Origin: an uncultured delta proteobacterium
GTDB lineage: Bacteria > Myxococcota_A > Polyangia > Fen-1088
NCBI GenBank assembly: GCA_963737265.1
Contig: CAVTRY010000020.1
Coordinates: forward strand, 1-64,000
Direction of reading: 5' to 3'
DNA: 64,000 bases
The position numbers were made by a program, and so were the translations under genes. The notes under the pieces were generated by a model, which ran no database searches, had not been told where the DNA came from, and saw nothing but the letters and a program-made list of their open reading frames with translations. This document shows, in pieces, positions 1 through 10,519 of the stretch. The number at the start of each line of letters is the position of its first letter. Position 1 is the first letter of the stretch.

Positions 1-588
1 ATCAGTTGACCTTGCGCCGCTCGCCCTTATCGCGCGCTTGGCGGCCTTGGTTCCCCCTCCTCGTCGGCATGTCGTCAGATACTCGGGGGTCATCTCGTCG
101 CACTCCAGCCTCCGCAGCCAAGTCGTCCCAGTCCCCGCCGTGGCCGCGCCCGAGGAAGACGACAAGCCTTCACTGCCACTTTCACACTACATTTCCTGGT
201 CCCAGCTTCTGAAAAAAGACGTTCGAGATCGACACCGTCTGCCCTCGCTGCAAAACACCTCTGCGCCTCATCGCCATGATCGAGACCGAGGACACCATCA
301 AGAAAATCCTCAAGGCCATGGGCCTGCCCACCTGTGCGCCAAAACTCTGGCCCGCACGACCGCCTCCCTCGCAATCTGGTGGCGAGGGCGGAGACTGGCT
401 GAACTGACGGCACGTCGACAAGGGCGGGATGGAGTTGACTGCCCCGCGTGCTCGAAAACGCTCGAAAACGCCCCGTCAGGCCCCAGAAACCCGGTCAAGT
501 TCGCTGCGCGGACGTGATAGGTCCCCACCTGATGCGGTCCGGCATGGTTCTCCGACGCTCAGAAACCCCCTTTGATTCGACTATGGTC
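1..588 (+). mobile_element. IS91/ISCR-family element 3' end: transposase C-terminus (frameshifted at A-run 212-217, stop 405-407) plus oriIS-like end
   Basis: Translation LIARLAALVPPPRRHVVRYSGV...CPRC..LRLIAMIE...IKKIL..PARPPP is the Y2 transposase tail; ends CCCCTTTGATTCGACTAT, resembling ISCR oriIS; near-identical copies at 39301-39657 and 54761-55200. Confidence 0.8.
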
Positions 589-589
589 C

Positions 590-936
590 TTCACCGCTTG
601 CCATTGACCGTTGGGCCCTTTCCGCACGGTGACCGACGAACGAACGGCGCCGCCAACCGTGATGGGGTACCAGACCTCCTGCAAGTCGAACGCCAGCGTT
701 TTCGTGTCCTGGCCCGCCGCAAAAGCCGCGAGGCGGTCCAAGCGCACGAACTGCACAGGCAGACCGTCCGCCAGCGTCGAGGAAGTGACCTCCCCTGGTG
801 AGGCGAATCCGCGTTTGGTGGATCGATCACTGCCCACGATGTACGACAGCGTGCCCATCGACGCCGTCGCTGCTTGTACCGCCGTAGAGAAACCGGGAGC
901 CGGCATCGGGGTGGCGACGGTGGGTGGCACCACCAC
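590..936 (-). pseudogene. Fragment of hypothetical protein cut by the oriIS end
   Basis: Coding-like ORF 559..936 whose last codons run into the IS end; no recognisable start. Confidence 0.4.
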
Positions 937-944
937 CTGGGTCG

Positions 945-1025
945 GGAACGATAACAGTTGCGCCGGCCATCGTCAGCCGTGATGAGCAACTCCGTTGCCT
1001 CGGGATAGGCCTTCTTCCCCATGTT
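945..1025 (-). pseudogene. ISAzo13-family transposase fragment
   Basis: MGKKAYPEATELLITAD..R.NCYRSR matches the YPxAxxLLITADxGGSNxYR segment of this family. Confidence 0.6.
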
Positions 1026-1092
1026 GCGCCAGCCTGAATTTTATCTATAGTACGGCTTATCACAATGGCGGAATCGCCAAATTCCAGGGCCG

Positions 1093-1914
1093 TTGGGCCG
1101 TTCGGGGGCACCCTCGGCCCGTACGCCGGGACCATTGGGCCGAAACGATGCTGCAGATCCAGATTCCCCACGAGGAATTCTTGGGGATAGCCCTGGTCCG
1201 TTGGGCCGAAGAGACCTGGCAGAACCGGGGTTCGTGTCTCGCAAAATTCTTGTGCAGATGGCATCGTCTCAGGGTGACCCGTCCGGGGGGATCCAAGCCG
1301 TCATTGCGGCGCTAGATCAGGGGCGGTTGCATGCAGACATGAACAACGTGAAGGGGCAACTTTGCGGGATTGCGAAGGACGGTTCCTGGGCCGACCCGAG
1401 TGGTCATGTGCTAAGAGCGTCCCCCGAACTTATCAAATTGCTCGCAGGACTGCTTGAGCAAGGTGCCGCCATGACGATCATGAGTCTGTTCCGCTTCAAG
1501 AACGGCCCACATGGAGAGCCGCAGCCAGATGGTTCAGCCATAGGCCGCGCTGTCGATATCATGGAGTACGGGGGCTTCAAGATTCACCTAAAGAACCCGG
1601 AGAACGCCAGTACAGCAATCTCCGGTGTCGCCGCGGTGATCAGCCACCTGCCGGCGGGAAGGTATACGCTAGGGCTGCCGCGCCCAGGTGGTGGTCCCCT
1701 TATCGATCCAGAGCACGATGTGTTCCTCCCGGTCACCAATCATGACCAAGTGTCGAAGTCGCCAGGAAAGGGTAACCTTCAGAAGGATCTGGAGCTACTG
1801 CTCGAACCTGCGCGAACAGCCCTTCGTTCGGCGATCGCCGGGAATCCAAGTGCCCGAATTCAATTCATGTACCCTGACGGTGTCGACCATATACACGTCA
1901 AAGCTGTCTCCTGA
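1093..1914 (+). CDS. Putative M15-like Zn peptidase / cell-wall effector with N-terminal PGPLG repeats
   Basis: Motifs GPHG...GRAVDI and C-terminal DHIHV (HxH); true start uncertain, possibly ATG 1065 with a 1-nt shift. Confidence 0.5.
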   Translation: MGRSGAPSARTPGPLGRNDAADPDSPRGILGDSPGPLGRRDLAEPGFVSRKILVQMASSQGDPSGGIQAVIAALDQGRLHADMNNVKGQLCGIAKDGSWADPSGHVLRASPELIKLLAGLLEQGAAMTIMSLFRFKNGPHGEPQPDGSAIGRAVDIMEYGGFKIHLKNPENASTAISGVAAVISHLPAGRYTLGLPRPGGGPLIDPEHDVFLPVTNHDQVSKSPGKGNLQKDLELLLEPARTALRSAIAGNPSARIQFMYPDGVDHIHVKAVS

Positions 1915-1915
1915 C

Positions 1916-3052
1916 ATGGGACATCTTCAAAGGGTTTCAGTATTTTATACGCTCCGTTCCACACTTCAAAGCAATCAACGCCTTTTCGACAGTCCGCGAG
2001 GCTGGCTGCGACCTTTCCCGCGATGGCGCCTCTTGATGGTCGCCGCGTCGTTCGCATTGGGTAACACGCTGTTGCTGGGTACCTGCGGGCACCGCCCAGC
2101 CAGTACGCCAGCCGCGGGTCGATGTGGCCAGATAGACAGCGAGAACCGTGATGCCCTTGGGATGCTGGCGAGAAAAGGCGGAAGTGCGGCCATCGCTGAG
2201 TTTGGGAAGGAACTTCACCATGCCTTTCGTTGTGTAGAAACCCATCGTGGCGCCTGGGGGTTGACGATCGGGAAGCTGACCGCAACTGCTGACGCGATTG
2301 GGGGGCGTTGGTCCATCGTTCACGTGGATGCGGCTGGCGTGCGGGTGTCCGTGTCCCCGGACGCGACGTTTGTCGTCGGAGGGGGCGGGCAAGAGTCGGT
2401 CACAGAGAACCAGAATCTGGAATGGTCGGGGACGATGCGTATCATCCCGGCCACCCCAGTGTTGTTTGACTTCGATGGGGATGGCAGCCCAGAGGCTGTG
2501 GTTGTCGTGAGAATGGACGTGATCCAGGAATCGGGAAACTCGGTTCGGGTCTTGCACGGACGTGTATGGACCGCGCACGATGGCAAAGTCACCCTCTACG
2601 AACCAGCGCGCGAACTGATCGTTGAAGAGGTTCGAGATGTTGATGGCGATGGCCGACCGGACATCATGACTCATGAGCCCTACGCCGATACGACCACTAT
2701 CCAGTGCGGCTCCGAAGATGCCTACCCGGTCTATGGCCCCATTCTATTGGCGCATTCTCTTGTCGACGGAACCTTTGCACGGGCTGACGCACAAGCGGTT
2801 CTCTTCGCCAAGCGGACGTGTGCCATTCTGCCGAGCCCGGCGCTTGTCGACGAACGTGATCGGCCGCAAATTGTCGATTTCGCCAGGTCCGCGAGAAACA
2901 TTGCCTGCGCACGACTGTGGGGATCGGACAAAGGAACACTTGTCTCCGAGATCGCAGCCCGATGTCACCCTATCAACGAGTGCTCGACTTGCGACGACAA
3001 GGCCATGCTGGAAAGGTGGGCCAATATGGACCCGCCCTTGCGTATTCGATAG
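1916..3052 (+). CDS. Exported Cys-containing protein with FG-GAP-like DxDGDG motifs (candidate immunity protein)
   Basis: ATG 1 nt after upstream stop; hydrophobic segment ending LLLGTC; DFDGDG and DVDGDGRPD motifs. Confidence 0.55.
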   Translation: MGHLQRVSVFYTLRSTLQSNQRLFDSPRGWLRPFPRWRLLMVAASFALGNTLLLGTCGHRPASTPAAGRCGQIDSENRDALGMLARKGGSAAIAEFGKELHHAFRCVETHRGAWGLTIGKLTATADAIGGRWSIVHVDAAGVRVSVSPDATFVVGGGGQESVTENQNLEWSGTMRIIPATPVLFDFDGDGSPEAVVVVRMDVIQESGNSVRVLHGRVWTAHDGKVTLYEPARELIVEEVRDVDGDGRPDIMTHEPYADTTTIQCGSEDAYPVYGPILLAHSLVDGTFARADAQAVLFAKRTCAILPSPALVDERDRPQIVDFARSARNIACARLWGSDKGTLVSEIAARCHPINECSTCDDKAMLERWANMDPPLRIR

Positions 3053-3354
3053 GTGCGGCCAGAGCTTTGGGAGGCTCTGACTATTGGGTTTCGCCATGGA
3101 TCGTCGCCAAGTATCGACCGCCGCACCTGCCGCGTCACCGTGGGCAGAGTTGGCCGCCAAAGATACGACATGAGTGGTGCCACGCTCTGAACGGTTGTGT
3201 AGTCGGGATCCGCCCAGTCATTCCGGCCTAGCGCGCCGGGTGTGTCGCCACGGAGCAGAGGATGCGCATCGGGGGCCGCAGCGTCCCCTCGTCCGAGAAC
3301 CGTCTGCGCCGTTAATTTGTTTGTTTTCTGCCCTATCGCGAGGGCGTGCTATCT

Positions 3355-4001
3355 TCACAGTCCGTTGCGGCGGCCAGCGACTTCAGCGTTGCCTTGCGCA
3401 CGGACGGCACGGTCGTGCAATGGGGATATGGCGCCCAGCCCCCCACCGGCCTGTGCGACGTGGCTGCCATTGTTGCGGCGGTCGATGTGGTGTTAGCCCG
3501 AAAATCGGATGGCTCGGTGGTAGTCTGGGGTTCGAACTACGACGTTATGCAGGTGCCGTCGACCCTGAGCTCGGTCACCGACGTTACGATCGGCGGCAGG
3601 GCTGCCCTCGCGGTCAAGCCCGACGGCAGCCTGACCGCCTGGGGTTACGGGACATCGTCCCTTCGGCAGCAGTGGCCGCCGGCCCCATCACTGGCATGGC
3701 CATCCCGTACCAGACCATCTTCGTCATCGAGAGCGACGGCACCGTGTTCGGGTGGGGTCTGAGCTCGACGAGCGGCATTCCCGTCACGGGGGTGACCATG
3801 GCGGGGCTGTCGCCCGCCAAGACCCTTGCCGCCGGCTCGAATCTGATCGCTGCCATCAAGACAGACGGCAGTCTTGTGTATCAATCAGGGGACCGCACGA
3901 GCGGCACGGTCTCGCTTGCCCCAGGTCCGTTCCAGGCAGTAGCGCTGACCTCGCAGACGCCGACCACGTCGCGGTTCGTCGCTCTGCGCGGCTCGCCGTG
4001 A
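3355..4001 (+). pseudogene. RCC1/BLIP-II-like repeat protein fragment, frameshifted near 3660
   Basis: Repeats ALRTDGTVVQWG, ARKSDGSVVVWG, AVKPDGSLTAWG then IESDGTVFGWG in a second frame; no N-terminus. Confidence 0.65.
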
Positions 4002-4179
4002 AAGGACGCTCCCGTGTTGTTGGGTGCATAGTCCGTGTGTGCCACCACGCCCTGATCGCGCCCGTCACCCGTTTCTTTGTCACCCACCTCAGCATGTCCG
4101 ATTTCTTCCCGACGGGGAAAATGGGCGCCTTCCTAACGCATCCCTGGGCCGAAGGCGACAGGACTGGACTGGCCGGAAG

Positions 4180-4345
4180 GCTGGCTCAACTGAACGGCAC
4201 CGAGTAGAGTACCCCGCGTGCTCGTCACGCCCTCCTTCCCGCCCATTCCCAACCCCGAATTCGCCTCGCCACGCCCGCCACACTCGTCGCGGGAAGGGTT
4301 CTCCGCCGCACCTCCGCCGCTGAAATACCCCCTTCGATTCGCCTT
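4180..4345 (+). mobile_element. Diverged IS91-like oriIS end remnant
   Basis: Colinear blocks GGCTGGCTCAACTGA, CCCCGCGTGCTCG, GGTTCTCCG and CCCCCTTCGATTCGCCT match 395-584. Confidence 0.6.
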
Positions 4346-4403
4346 CTCAGTTATTGAGCGCGTGCTCCCGAACCCCATCGACGCTGAGAATTGAAGATCA
4401 CGC

Positions 4404-5930
4404 ATGATCAAACGCTTTCTTGTAGCCGGGCTTTGCTTAGCTACTGCGGCGTGTACTTCCACCAAAACGAAGCTACAAGCGCCGACCGGTGGAGATTCGG
4501 GTCCGGGCGGTGCCGTGGCCGGTGGGAGCGGCAACGGCAGCTCCGGCGGCGCAAGTGGCGGTAGCTCCGAGTCCGGCGGCGCAAGTGGCGCAAGTGGCGG
4601 CAGCTCCGGGTCCAGTAGTGCAAGCGGTGGCAACGGGGTCTCCGGGTCCGGCGGCGCAAGTGGCGGCAGCTCCGGGTCCGGCGGCGTAAGTGGCGGCAGC
4701 TCCGGGTCCGGCGGTGTAAGTGGCGCCAACGGCGGCTCCGGCGGCGCAACTGGCGCAAATGGAGGCAACGGCGGCTCCCGCGGTGCAAGTGGCGGCAGCT
4801 CAGGGTCCGGGGGCGCAAGTGGCGGCAACGGTGGCTTCGGCGGCGCGAGTGGCGCAAATGGAGGCAACGGCGGCTCCCGCGGCGCAAGTGGCGGCACCTC
4901 AGGGTCCGGGGGCGCAAGTGGCGGCAACGGCGGCTCCCGCGGGGCAAGCGGCGGCAGCTCAGGATCCGGCTACGGCGGCAGCGGCTCCCTCTGCCCGAAC
5001 GGGACTGCCGAACAGTTCCTCGCACCCGTGGGCCCCCAGTCGTCTGGAATTTATTTCTCGCCAAATCCTTACAGCGGCGGAGCTCTCGACGGCCCTTTGG
5101 GCGCGACTCCCGCCACGTGGTACGCGTCCCAGTGGAATATCCCGCGCAACCTCGAGGCCGCCAACAACTCTGCCATCGCCGCCCAGTGCACTGCCTCTCC
5201 GGCGCCGGTGTCGTTTGCGACGGCAAACGCGAATGCACGCATTTGCATGCACAACGCGGGTGACGGCACCGCCGCCATGGAGCTCGCGCAGAGCCTCATC
5301 GGCGTGACATGCGCAACCAATCCAACCACCTCGGAGTTCGATCTGTTCATATCGCCAACCGACGGCAACTATCCCAGCTACACCGCCGGCATCGTGCCGG
5401 TCTCGGCTCAGCCCACGCTTGCTCAGTTGACTTCGCTCGTCGTTTCCTTCGGCGCGCAGCTAACGTTCGCCAACGTGCCCGGTGGGTGCGGAGGTCCGTG
5501 TGGCGCGAGCGGGAATGTCGACTACGGCTTCTTCACCGTTGGCGTCCCGCTCGACACCCAGAACCAAACCCTGTTCTTCCAGGTTCAGATTTGGGACTCG
5601 CGTGAAGGGAAGTGTGGAGGGGCGCAGTACGCGTGCGGTGCCAGGACCTTCTGGTACCAAAATACTCCACCGACCTACGGCTACTCCGTCTCCGTCGGGT
5701 CAATGGCTGGCTCGAGTGGCTGTCTGACCGCAGGCGGATCCCGTCACACTTATACAATCAACATACTCCCCTCGATTCTGGCTGGATTGGCCAGCTCAGG
5801 TCGCCCCGCCACTATTGACGCCGACCCGGCACATTGGCGGGTCTCCGGCCTTTATGTGGGCACGGGCATCGAGGGGCAGGCCGCGGTCGTCTCCGTCGTC
5901 GATCATGTGTCGATTGCGGCGTGCCAATGA
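4404..5930 (+). CDS. Lipoprotein with long Gly/Ser linker and uncharacterised beta-rich C-terminal domain
   Basis: Lipobox LATAAC; long SGG/ASGG repeat linker; Trp/Tyr/Cys-rich globular domain. Confidence 0.8.
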   Translation: MIKRFLVAGLCLATAACTSTKTKLQAPTGGDSGPGGAVAGGSGNGSSGGASGGSSESGGASGASGGSSGSSSASGGNGVSGSGGASGGSSGSGGVSGGSSGSGGVSGANGGSGGATGANGGNGGSRGASGGSSGSGGASGGNGGFGGASGANGGNGGSRGASGGTSGSGGASGGNGGSRGASGGSSGSGYGGSGSLCPNGTAEQFLAPVGPQSSGIYFSPNPYSGGALDGPLGATPATWYASQWNIPRNLEAANNSAIAAQCTASPAPVSFATANANARICMHNAGDGTAAMELAQSLIGVTCATNPTTSEFDLFISPTDGNYPSYTAGIVPVSAQPTLAQLTSLVVSFGAQLTFANVPGGCGGPCGASGNVDYGFFTVGVPLDTQNQTLFFQVQIWDSREGKCGGAQYACGARTFWYQNTPPTYGYSVSVGSMAGSSGCLTAGGSRHTYTINILPSILAGLASSGRPATIDADPAHWRVSGLYVGTGIEGQAAVVSVVDHVSIAACQ

Positions 5931-6039
5931 CAGCTGAAGCGGATGGTGTGCCCGGATCCTTGAACGCGTTGATCCGGTCGGCCAAGCCTGGCCGGATCAA
6001 CTGCCGCTGTTCGGCGACGACGATTCGAGCGAGGCGTAG

Positions 6040-7212
6040 CTACGGCTTGATCGAGATGAGCCGATCGTCGGTGGGATTGACCTCGGCCCAAATGTCCTTG
6101 TAGTAGACCTTCGTGTTGGCGGCGTGAGCCTGAAGACCGATGGGGCCTTCCGTCTTGGGACGGGTCAGGTTGTCCAGGTAGACATCGAGAATGAGCGCCC
6201 CGTTGACAGCCATGCGAATGCGCCCCGTCGCGCGCGTGAGGAGGATCTCGGCCTGCGTCCATTCCTTCATGAGCTGTTGGGCGGGTGTGTTGGAGATTCC
6301 GCCGGCTTTGGTCGCGATGCCGGCATTGGTGACGTAGTCCCAGGTCCAGTTGTTGGGCGGCATCACGTCCAAGCAAGCGACGCTGCCGTTGTCCCATTTG
6401 CCGGCAGGCGGCTGCGGGCCCCAAAAGCCGATGCCCTGGTGATCGCTGTCGGTCTTCGTCGACACGAAAATGCGAACCGTCGAGTAACTAGCCTTGGTGA
6501 CGCAGAATTCGCCTTGTCCCGTGCCTACCAGGGCCCCATCCACGACGTGCCATGTGTTGGGGTTGCAGTTCCATCCGGTCAGGGTCTTGCCGTCGAAAAG
6601 CGGCATAAGGCTAGGAACCGTCGACGGGTCGAACGGCGGCGTGTAGAGGCTGTCTTTCGGTGGAGCCTGGATGCCGGAATCCGGCCGAACGCTCACGGTG
6701 TCGGTTCCATCGGCTCCTACGTCGGCACCGAGGCTGCCACCGCTGCTCAGGGCTCCGCCTGATCCCGGGGCGCCGGCCATGCTCGCGTCGCCACCGCTGG
6801 TACCCCCAGCCCTCGTACCGCCACCGCTCGCGCCGCCAGCGTTCGTACCGCCACCGCTCGTGCCGCCACCGCTCGTGCCGCCGGCGTTCGCGCCGCCCGC
6901 GTTCGTGCCGCCCGCGTTCGTGCCGCCGGCGTTCGTGCCACCGCCGCTGGTACCGCCCGCGCTCATACCACCGCTACCTATAAGCCCGGCTTGCCCGCCC
7001 GAGCCGGGCTTACTCGATCCGGCCGCTCCGCCCGAGCCGGCATTGCCGCCCGCTCCCGCTTTTGCCGTCGTGCCGCCGGATCCGTTGGTGGAGGTCGAAG
7101 GTGTGCTGCTACCGCAGGCCTGCACAGCCACCCAGGCGAGGGCGGCAGCCATGCCGAGAGCGGAGCGAGTTGCGAAGTGCCCGGTTTTTCGAGATGCGAC
7201 AAACATCGGCAT
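6040..7212 (-). CDS. Lipoprotein, DUF1080 (3-keto-disaccharide hydrolase-like) domain
   Basis: Lipobox VQAC; GGT linker; PLFDGKTLTGW...GPIGLQAH...VYYKDIW motifs. Confidence 0.85.
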   Translation of the reverse strand: MPMFVASRKTGHFATRSALGMAAALAWVAVQACGSSTPSTSTNGSGGTTAKAGAGGNAGSGGAAGSSKPGSGGQAGLIGSGGMSAGGTSGGGTNAGGTNAGGTNAGGANAGGTSGGGTSGGGTNAGGASGGGTRAGGTSGGDASMAGAPGSGGALSSGGSLGADVGADGTDTVSVRPDSGIQAPPKDSLYTPPFDPSTVPSLMPLFDGKTLTGWNCNPNTWHVVDGALVGTGQGEFCVTKASYSTVRIFVSTKTDSDHQGIGFWGPQPPAGKWDNGSVACLDVMPPNNWTWDYVTNAGIATKAGGISNTPAQQLMKEWTQAEILLTRATGRIRMAVNGALILDVYLDNLTRPKTEGPIGLQAHAANTKVYYKDIWAEVNPTDDRLISIKP

Positions 7213-7327
7213 GCTGTTTCTCCTACGTCATGAGGTGAGCAAAAGCTTGGCGCCGTTGGCCCAACGGGACCACAACGGCAGAAGTATCCGCTTTCCTTTT
7301 CGATGCTGCAAGGCACCCCGCCTTCGG

Positions 7328-8008
7328 GGGTGCTTCCCTGAAACGGGGGCCCCAGCCGGGGGCTCGGTGAGGTAGCAACTTCTGGCGGAGTGCCGCCGAA
7401 AACGCAGATATGGAACAGGGAGGAACGGAGAAACAGAGACAGCATGACTTTACTGGGCAAATTATCGCCGCCTGCATCGAAGTCCACCGTCACCTCGGTC
7501 CCGGGCTGCCGGTCGCGCGCGGAGCCTCGCGGGAGGGTATGGCGAGGCCGAGCGCAGCGAGGGGGTGGCAGGGCGGGCGGCGGGTGCCGAGTGCGGAGCT
7601 AACCCACCCAGGGTTCCCACAGAGCAGTCGGCCTACGAGCACTGCCTGGCGCGCGAGCTAGGCCTGCGTGGATTTCGCACGCAACGTCAGGTCGCGATTC
7701 CTCTGCAGTACAAAGGCATTGACCTCGACTGCGGCTATCGCCTCGACCTCATGGTGGAAGGCCGTTTGGTCGTCGAAGTCAAGGCGGTAGAGCGGTTGCT
7801 TCCTGTCCACTTGGCACAGGTCATTACCTATCTCAAGCTCCTACGACTGCCGGTGGGCCTGCTCGTCAATTTCCACGTCCCCGTACTTCGCGAGGGTCTC
7901 CGCCGCCTCGTCAACCCAACCCGTGATCCCTCTGGTCCTCCGTTCCTCCCTGTTTTTCCCTCCGATCCCACGAGGTGAAGCCCCAGCCCCCATTTCAGGG
8001 AAGCACCC
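7328..8008 (+). mobile_element. TIR-bounded GxxExxY mini-element, copy 1
   Basis: TIRs GGGTGCTTCCCTGAAACGGGGGC / CCCCCATTTCAGGGAAGCACCC; near-identical inverted copy at 14118-16133. Confidence 0.8.
7410..7978 (+). pseudogene. GxxExxY PD-(D/E)XK-family protein interrupted by a 116-bp insertion (7510-7625)
   Basis: IIAACIEVHRHLGPGL / SAYEHCL...YRLDLMVEGRLVVEVKAV...QVITYLK...GLLVNF. Confidence 0.9.
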
Positions 8009-8091
8009 GTCAGCCCCGCGTACCTTGATTCTCCCACGCGGCGCGGGTATCGTTCGGGCTCGGAGCCCCCGGGTTCCCCAACCACAAGGAG

Positions 8092-9237
8092 TTGCTCATG
8101 CGTATTTCTCGCGCGCCAATCGTTGCTGGTTTTGGACTGGCTGTTTGTTTCGCCGGCTTCGGAATCGGAGGCTGCGGCTCGGGAACCAAGGAAACGAGCA
8201 CCACGCAAGGAGGATCGCCCAGCACCGGTGGCAGCAAGGGTGGCGCAAGCGGTACCTTCACGAGTGGCGGCAGCGGAGGCAGCATAGGCAGCGGTGGCAG
8301 CGGTGGCAGGCAAGGAGGATCGACCAGCACCGGTGGCAGCAAGGGTGGCGCAAGCGATACCTCCACGAGCGGTGGCAGCGGTGGCAGCATGGGCAGCGTA
8401 GGCAGCGGAGGCTCGGGTGGTAGTCAGACCGCCGGTTCAGGAGGCGCACAGACAGGCGGCGCGAGCGGCAGTTCGTCGGCATCTTCCGGTGGCAGCAACG
8501 GCGGCTCCCAGGCCACCACGGGCGGCAGCAGCGGCTCGGGCGGAGCGGTGCTAGACGCCGCGATCGAAGGCAGTGCCAGCAGCAGCGACGGCGAATTCTT
8601 CGAGGTGCTCACCAACTTCACCGAGTTCAAGCCGAAGTTCGACCCTTCCACGGTGCCAGGCATTCAGCCTCTTTTCGACGGCGCGACGCTCAAGGGCTGG
8701 AATTGTTCCAAGGAGTGGTCGGTGAAGGAAGGTTCCCTCACGGCGGGACCGGGTTTCTGGGGCTTCTGTTCTCCAGCCGGCACCTATGACAAGTTCCGTT
8801 GGTTCGTCTCGATCATTCAGGACGGCACGGAAGGCGACGGAGGCCACACCGGCATCTACATCGACGGCACGCCCTTTTACGGAATCATGACGCCAAGCTG
8901 CCAGTTCTGGGATTACGCCGCCAACGTCGGCATCATGGCCAACGTCAAGTGCATCAAATTGGATTTGGCAGGGGGCGTGCCCAGAACCAGCCCGGACCAG
9001 GTCTACTGGCACGGCGAGTGGTTTCAGATGGAAATGCTCGTCGACCTCACCAAGGGCACTGTCCGGGCCGCCTTGAACGGCGTCGACTACCTCAGCCACG
9101 CGTTCAAGCCCAAGAGCGGAGGCGCGGCCGCACCGATCGCCATCCAGGCCCACAATGGCGGCGCGGTCCGCTACAAGGATCTGTGGATCGAGGTAGACCC
9201 GAAGGAGCCCGACAAGCTTCTGTCGGCGGTGAAGTAG
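8092..9237 (+). CDS. Lipoprotein, DUF1080 (3-keto-disaccharide hydrolase-like) domain
   Basis: Lipobox IGGC; GGS linker; PLFDGATLKGW...PIAIQAH...VRYKDLW. Confidence 0.85.
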   Translation: MLMRISRAPIVAGFGLAVCFAGFGIGGCGSGTKETSTTQGGSPSTGGSKGGASGTFTSGGSGGSIGSGGSGGRQGGSTSTGGSKGGASDTSTSGGSGGSMGSVGSGGSGGSQTAGSGGAQTGGASGSSSASSGGSNGGSQATTGGSSGSGGAVLDAAIEGSASSSDGEFFEVLTNFTEFKPKFDPSTVPGIQPLFDGATLKGWNCSKEWSVKEGSLTAGPGFWGFCSPAGTYDKFRWFVSIIQDGTEGDGGHTGIYIDGTPFYGIMTPSCQFWDYAANVGIMANVKCIKLDLAGGVPRTSPDQVYWHGEWFQMEMLVDLTKGTVRAALNGVDYLSHAFKPKSGGAAAPIAIQAHNGGAVRYKDLWIEVDPKEPDKLLSAVK

Positions 9238-9570
9238 TCACATCGAGGTATATCTGTTGGTCCGAGCTTTTGTCGCGCAACCCTTCTCTGGGTGGCATGC
9301 CACCGGCCGTTAAGTCCATCTTGATGGCGACCGCCATTGGTCATGTCGAAGCGGGCGACAGATTCCGGAATCTTCCAGGTACCGATGGGAGGGAAGGCGT
9401 TGGTGTGCTTGATACGGGAAGAGCAGTTGCGGCCGGCGGCAGCCGGGTATGAGGGATTCCCCGAGGATATTCGAAGTTCGTCGCACGTCACCGGGTTGTT
9501 GCATTCCGTTGCCTTGCAAATGGGCCAGGACCCGCTAGCCTTGGCCTGTATTCTTTTAGGGAGGCAAGCC

Positions 9571-10047
9571 ATGGCCAGCAACGTGAAACCGATTCCCGAC
9601 GGGTATCATACGATTACCCCGTATTTGAGTATCAAAGGCGCCGCCGCGGCTCTGGAATTCTATAGACGGGCATTCGGCGCGGAGGAGATCTACCGTCTGG
9701 GCATGCCCGACGGCAGGATAGGACACGCCGAGATCCAAATCGGCAATTCCCGAATCATGATGGCTGACGAAATGCCCGAGATGCCGGACGCCATCGCCCA
9801 AAGCCCGAAGTCGCTGGGCGGAACTACCACAGGCCTTTGCATCTACGTTGCCGATGTGGACGCGCAATTCCACCGCGCGGTCGAGGCCGGCGCCACGGTT
9901 AAACGGCCGGTGAAGGACCAGTTCTACGGCGATCGCAGCGGAACCGTGGAAGATCCTTTCGGTCATCTTTGGACCATCGCCACCCACATCGAAGACGTAT
10001 CGATGGAAGAGATCGGCCGTCGTGCGGCCGCCCTGTCCAAGAACTGA
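9571..10047 (+). CDS. VOC/glyoxalase (PhnB-like) protein
   Basis: VKPIPDGYHTITPYL...DQFYGDRSGTVEDPFGHLW; RBS GGAGG before ATG 9571. Confidence 0.9.
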   Translation: MASNVKPIPDGYHTITPYLSIKGAAAALEFYRRAFGAEEIYRLGMPDGRIGHAEIQIGNSRIMMADEMPEMPDAIAQSPKSLGGTTTGLCIYVADVDAQFHRAVEAGATVKRPVKDQFYGDRSGTVEDPFGHLWTIATHIEDVSMEEIGRRAAALSKN

Positions 10048-10519
10048 ACCGCGCGACGGGGTGCGCTTCGGGCGGACCGAAGGTTCGCCCAAAGCCACGG
10101 CCCGGCGGGATTCGGTATAGTAGGGCCCATGGTGCGAATCCTGGCGACCCGTGACCGAACCGTGCACCAAGCCCTAGGTGCAGTCGTCGGCGACCAGGGT
10201 CAAGGTGCGTTCGACGTAATCTGGCGGCACCCAGTAGATGTTGGTGTCGAAGCGGGCGAAAGCGGTCTTGTCGATGAAGTTTTTTGTGCTCATCACGCTC
10301 CCGCGGCCGGTTGCCCGAGCCATGCGGGACGCGGCCTAATCGCCCACCTGAGTATATGGCGCGGCTCACTTCGACAACGGGTTCGACCGGAAGAGGAAGA
10401 TATCCGAGCCTTGAAGAAGGCTCGTGCCGCGGGGCATTCGGCCGCGGAGCTTGTTTGAAAAGGGCTGCGCGTTGTTGCCTCGCGGTACTACTCGGGACGC
10501 CGGCCACCCGGGACCGGAC

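Noticed and set aside
4133-4927. Pro-rich ORFs here and at 6671, 17651, 21848, 28856, 30670 and 36222
   Set aside because: Antisense shadows of Gly-rich linkers of lipoproteins on the opposite strand
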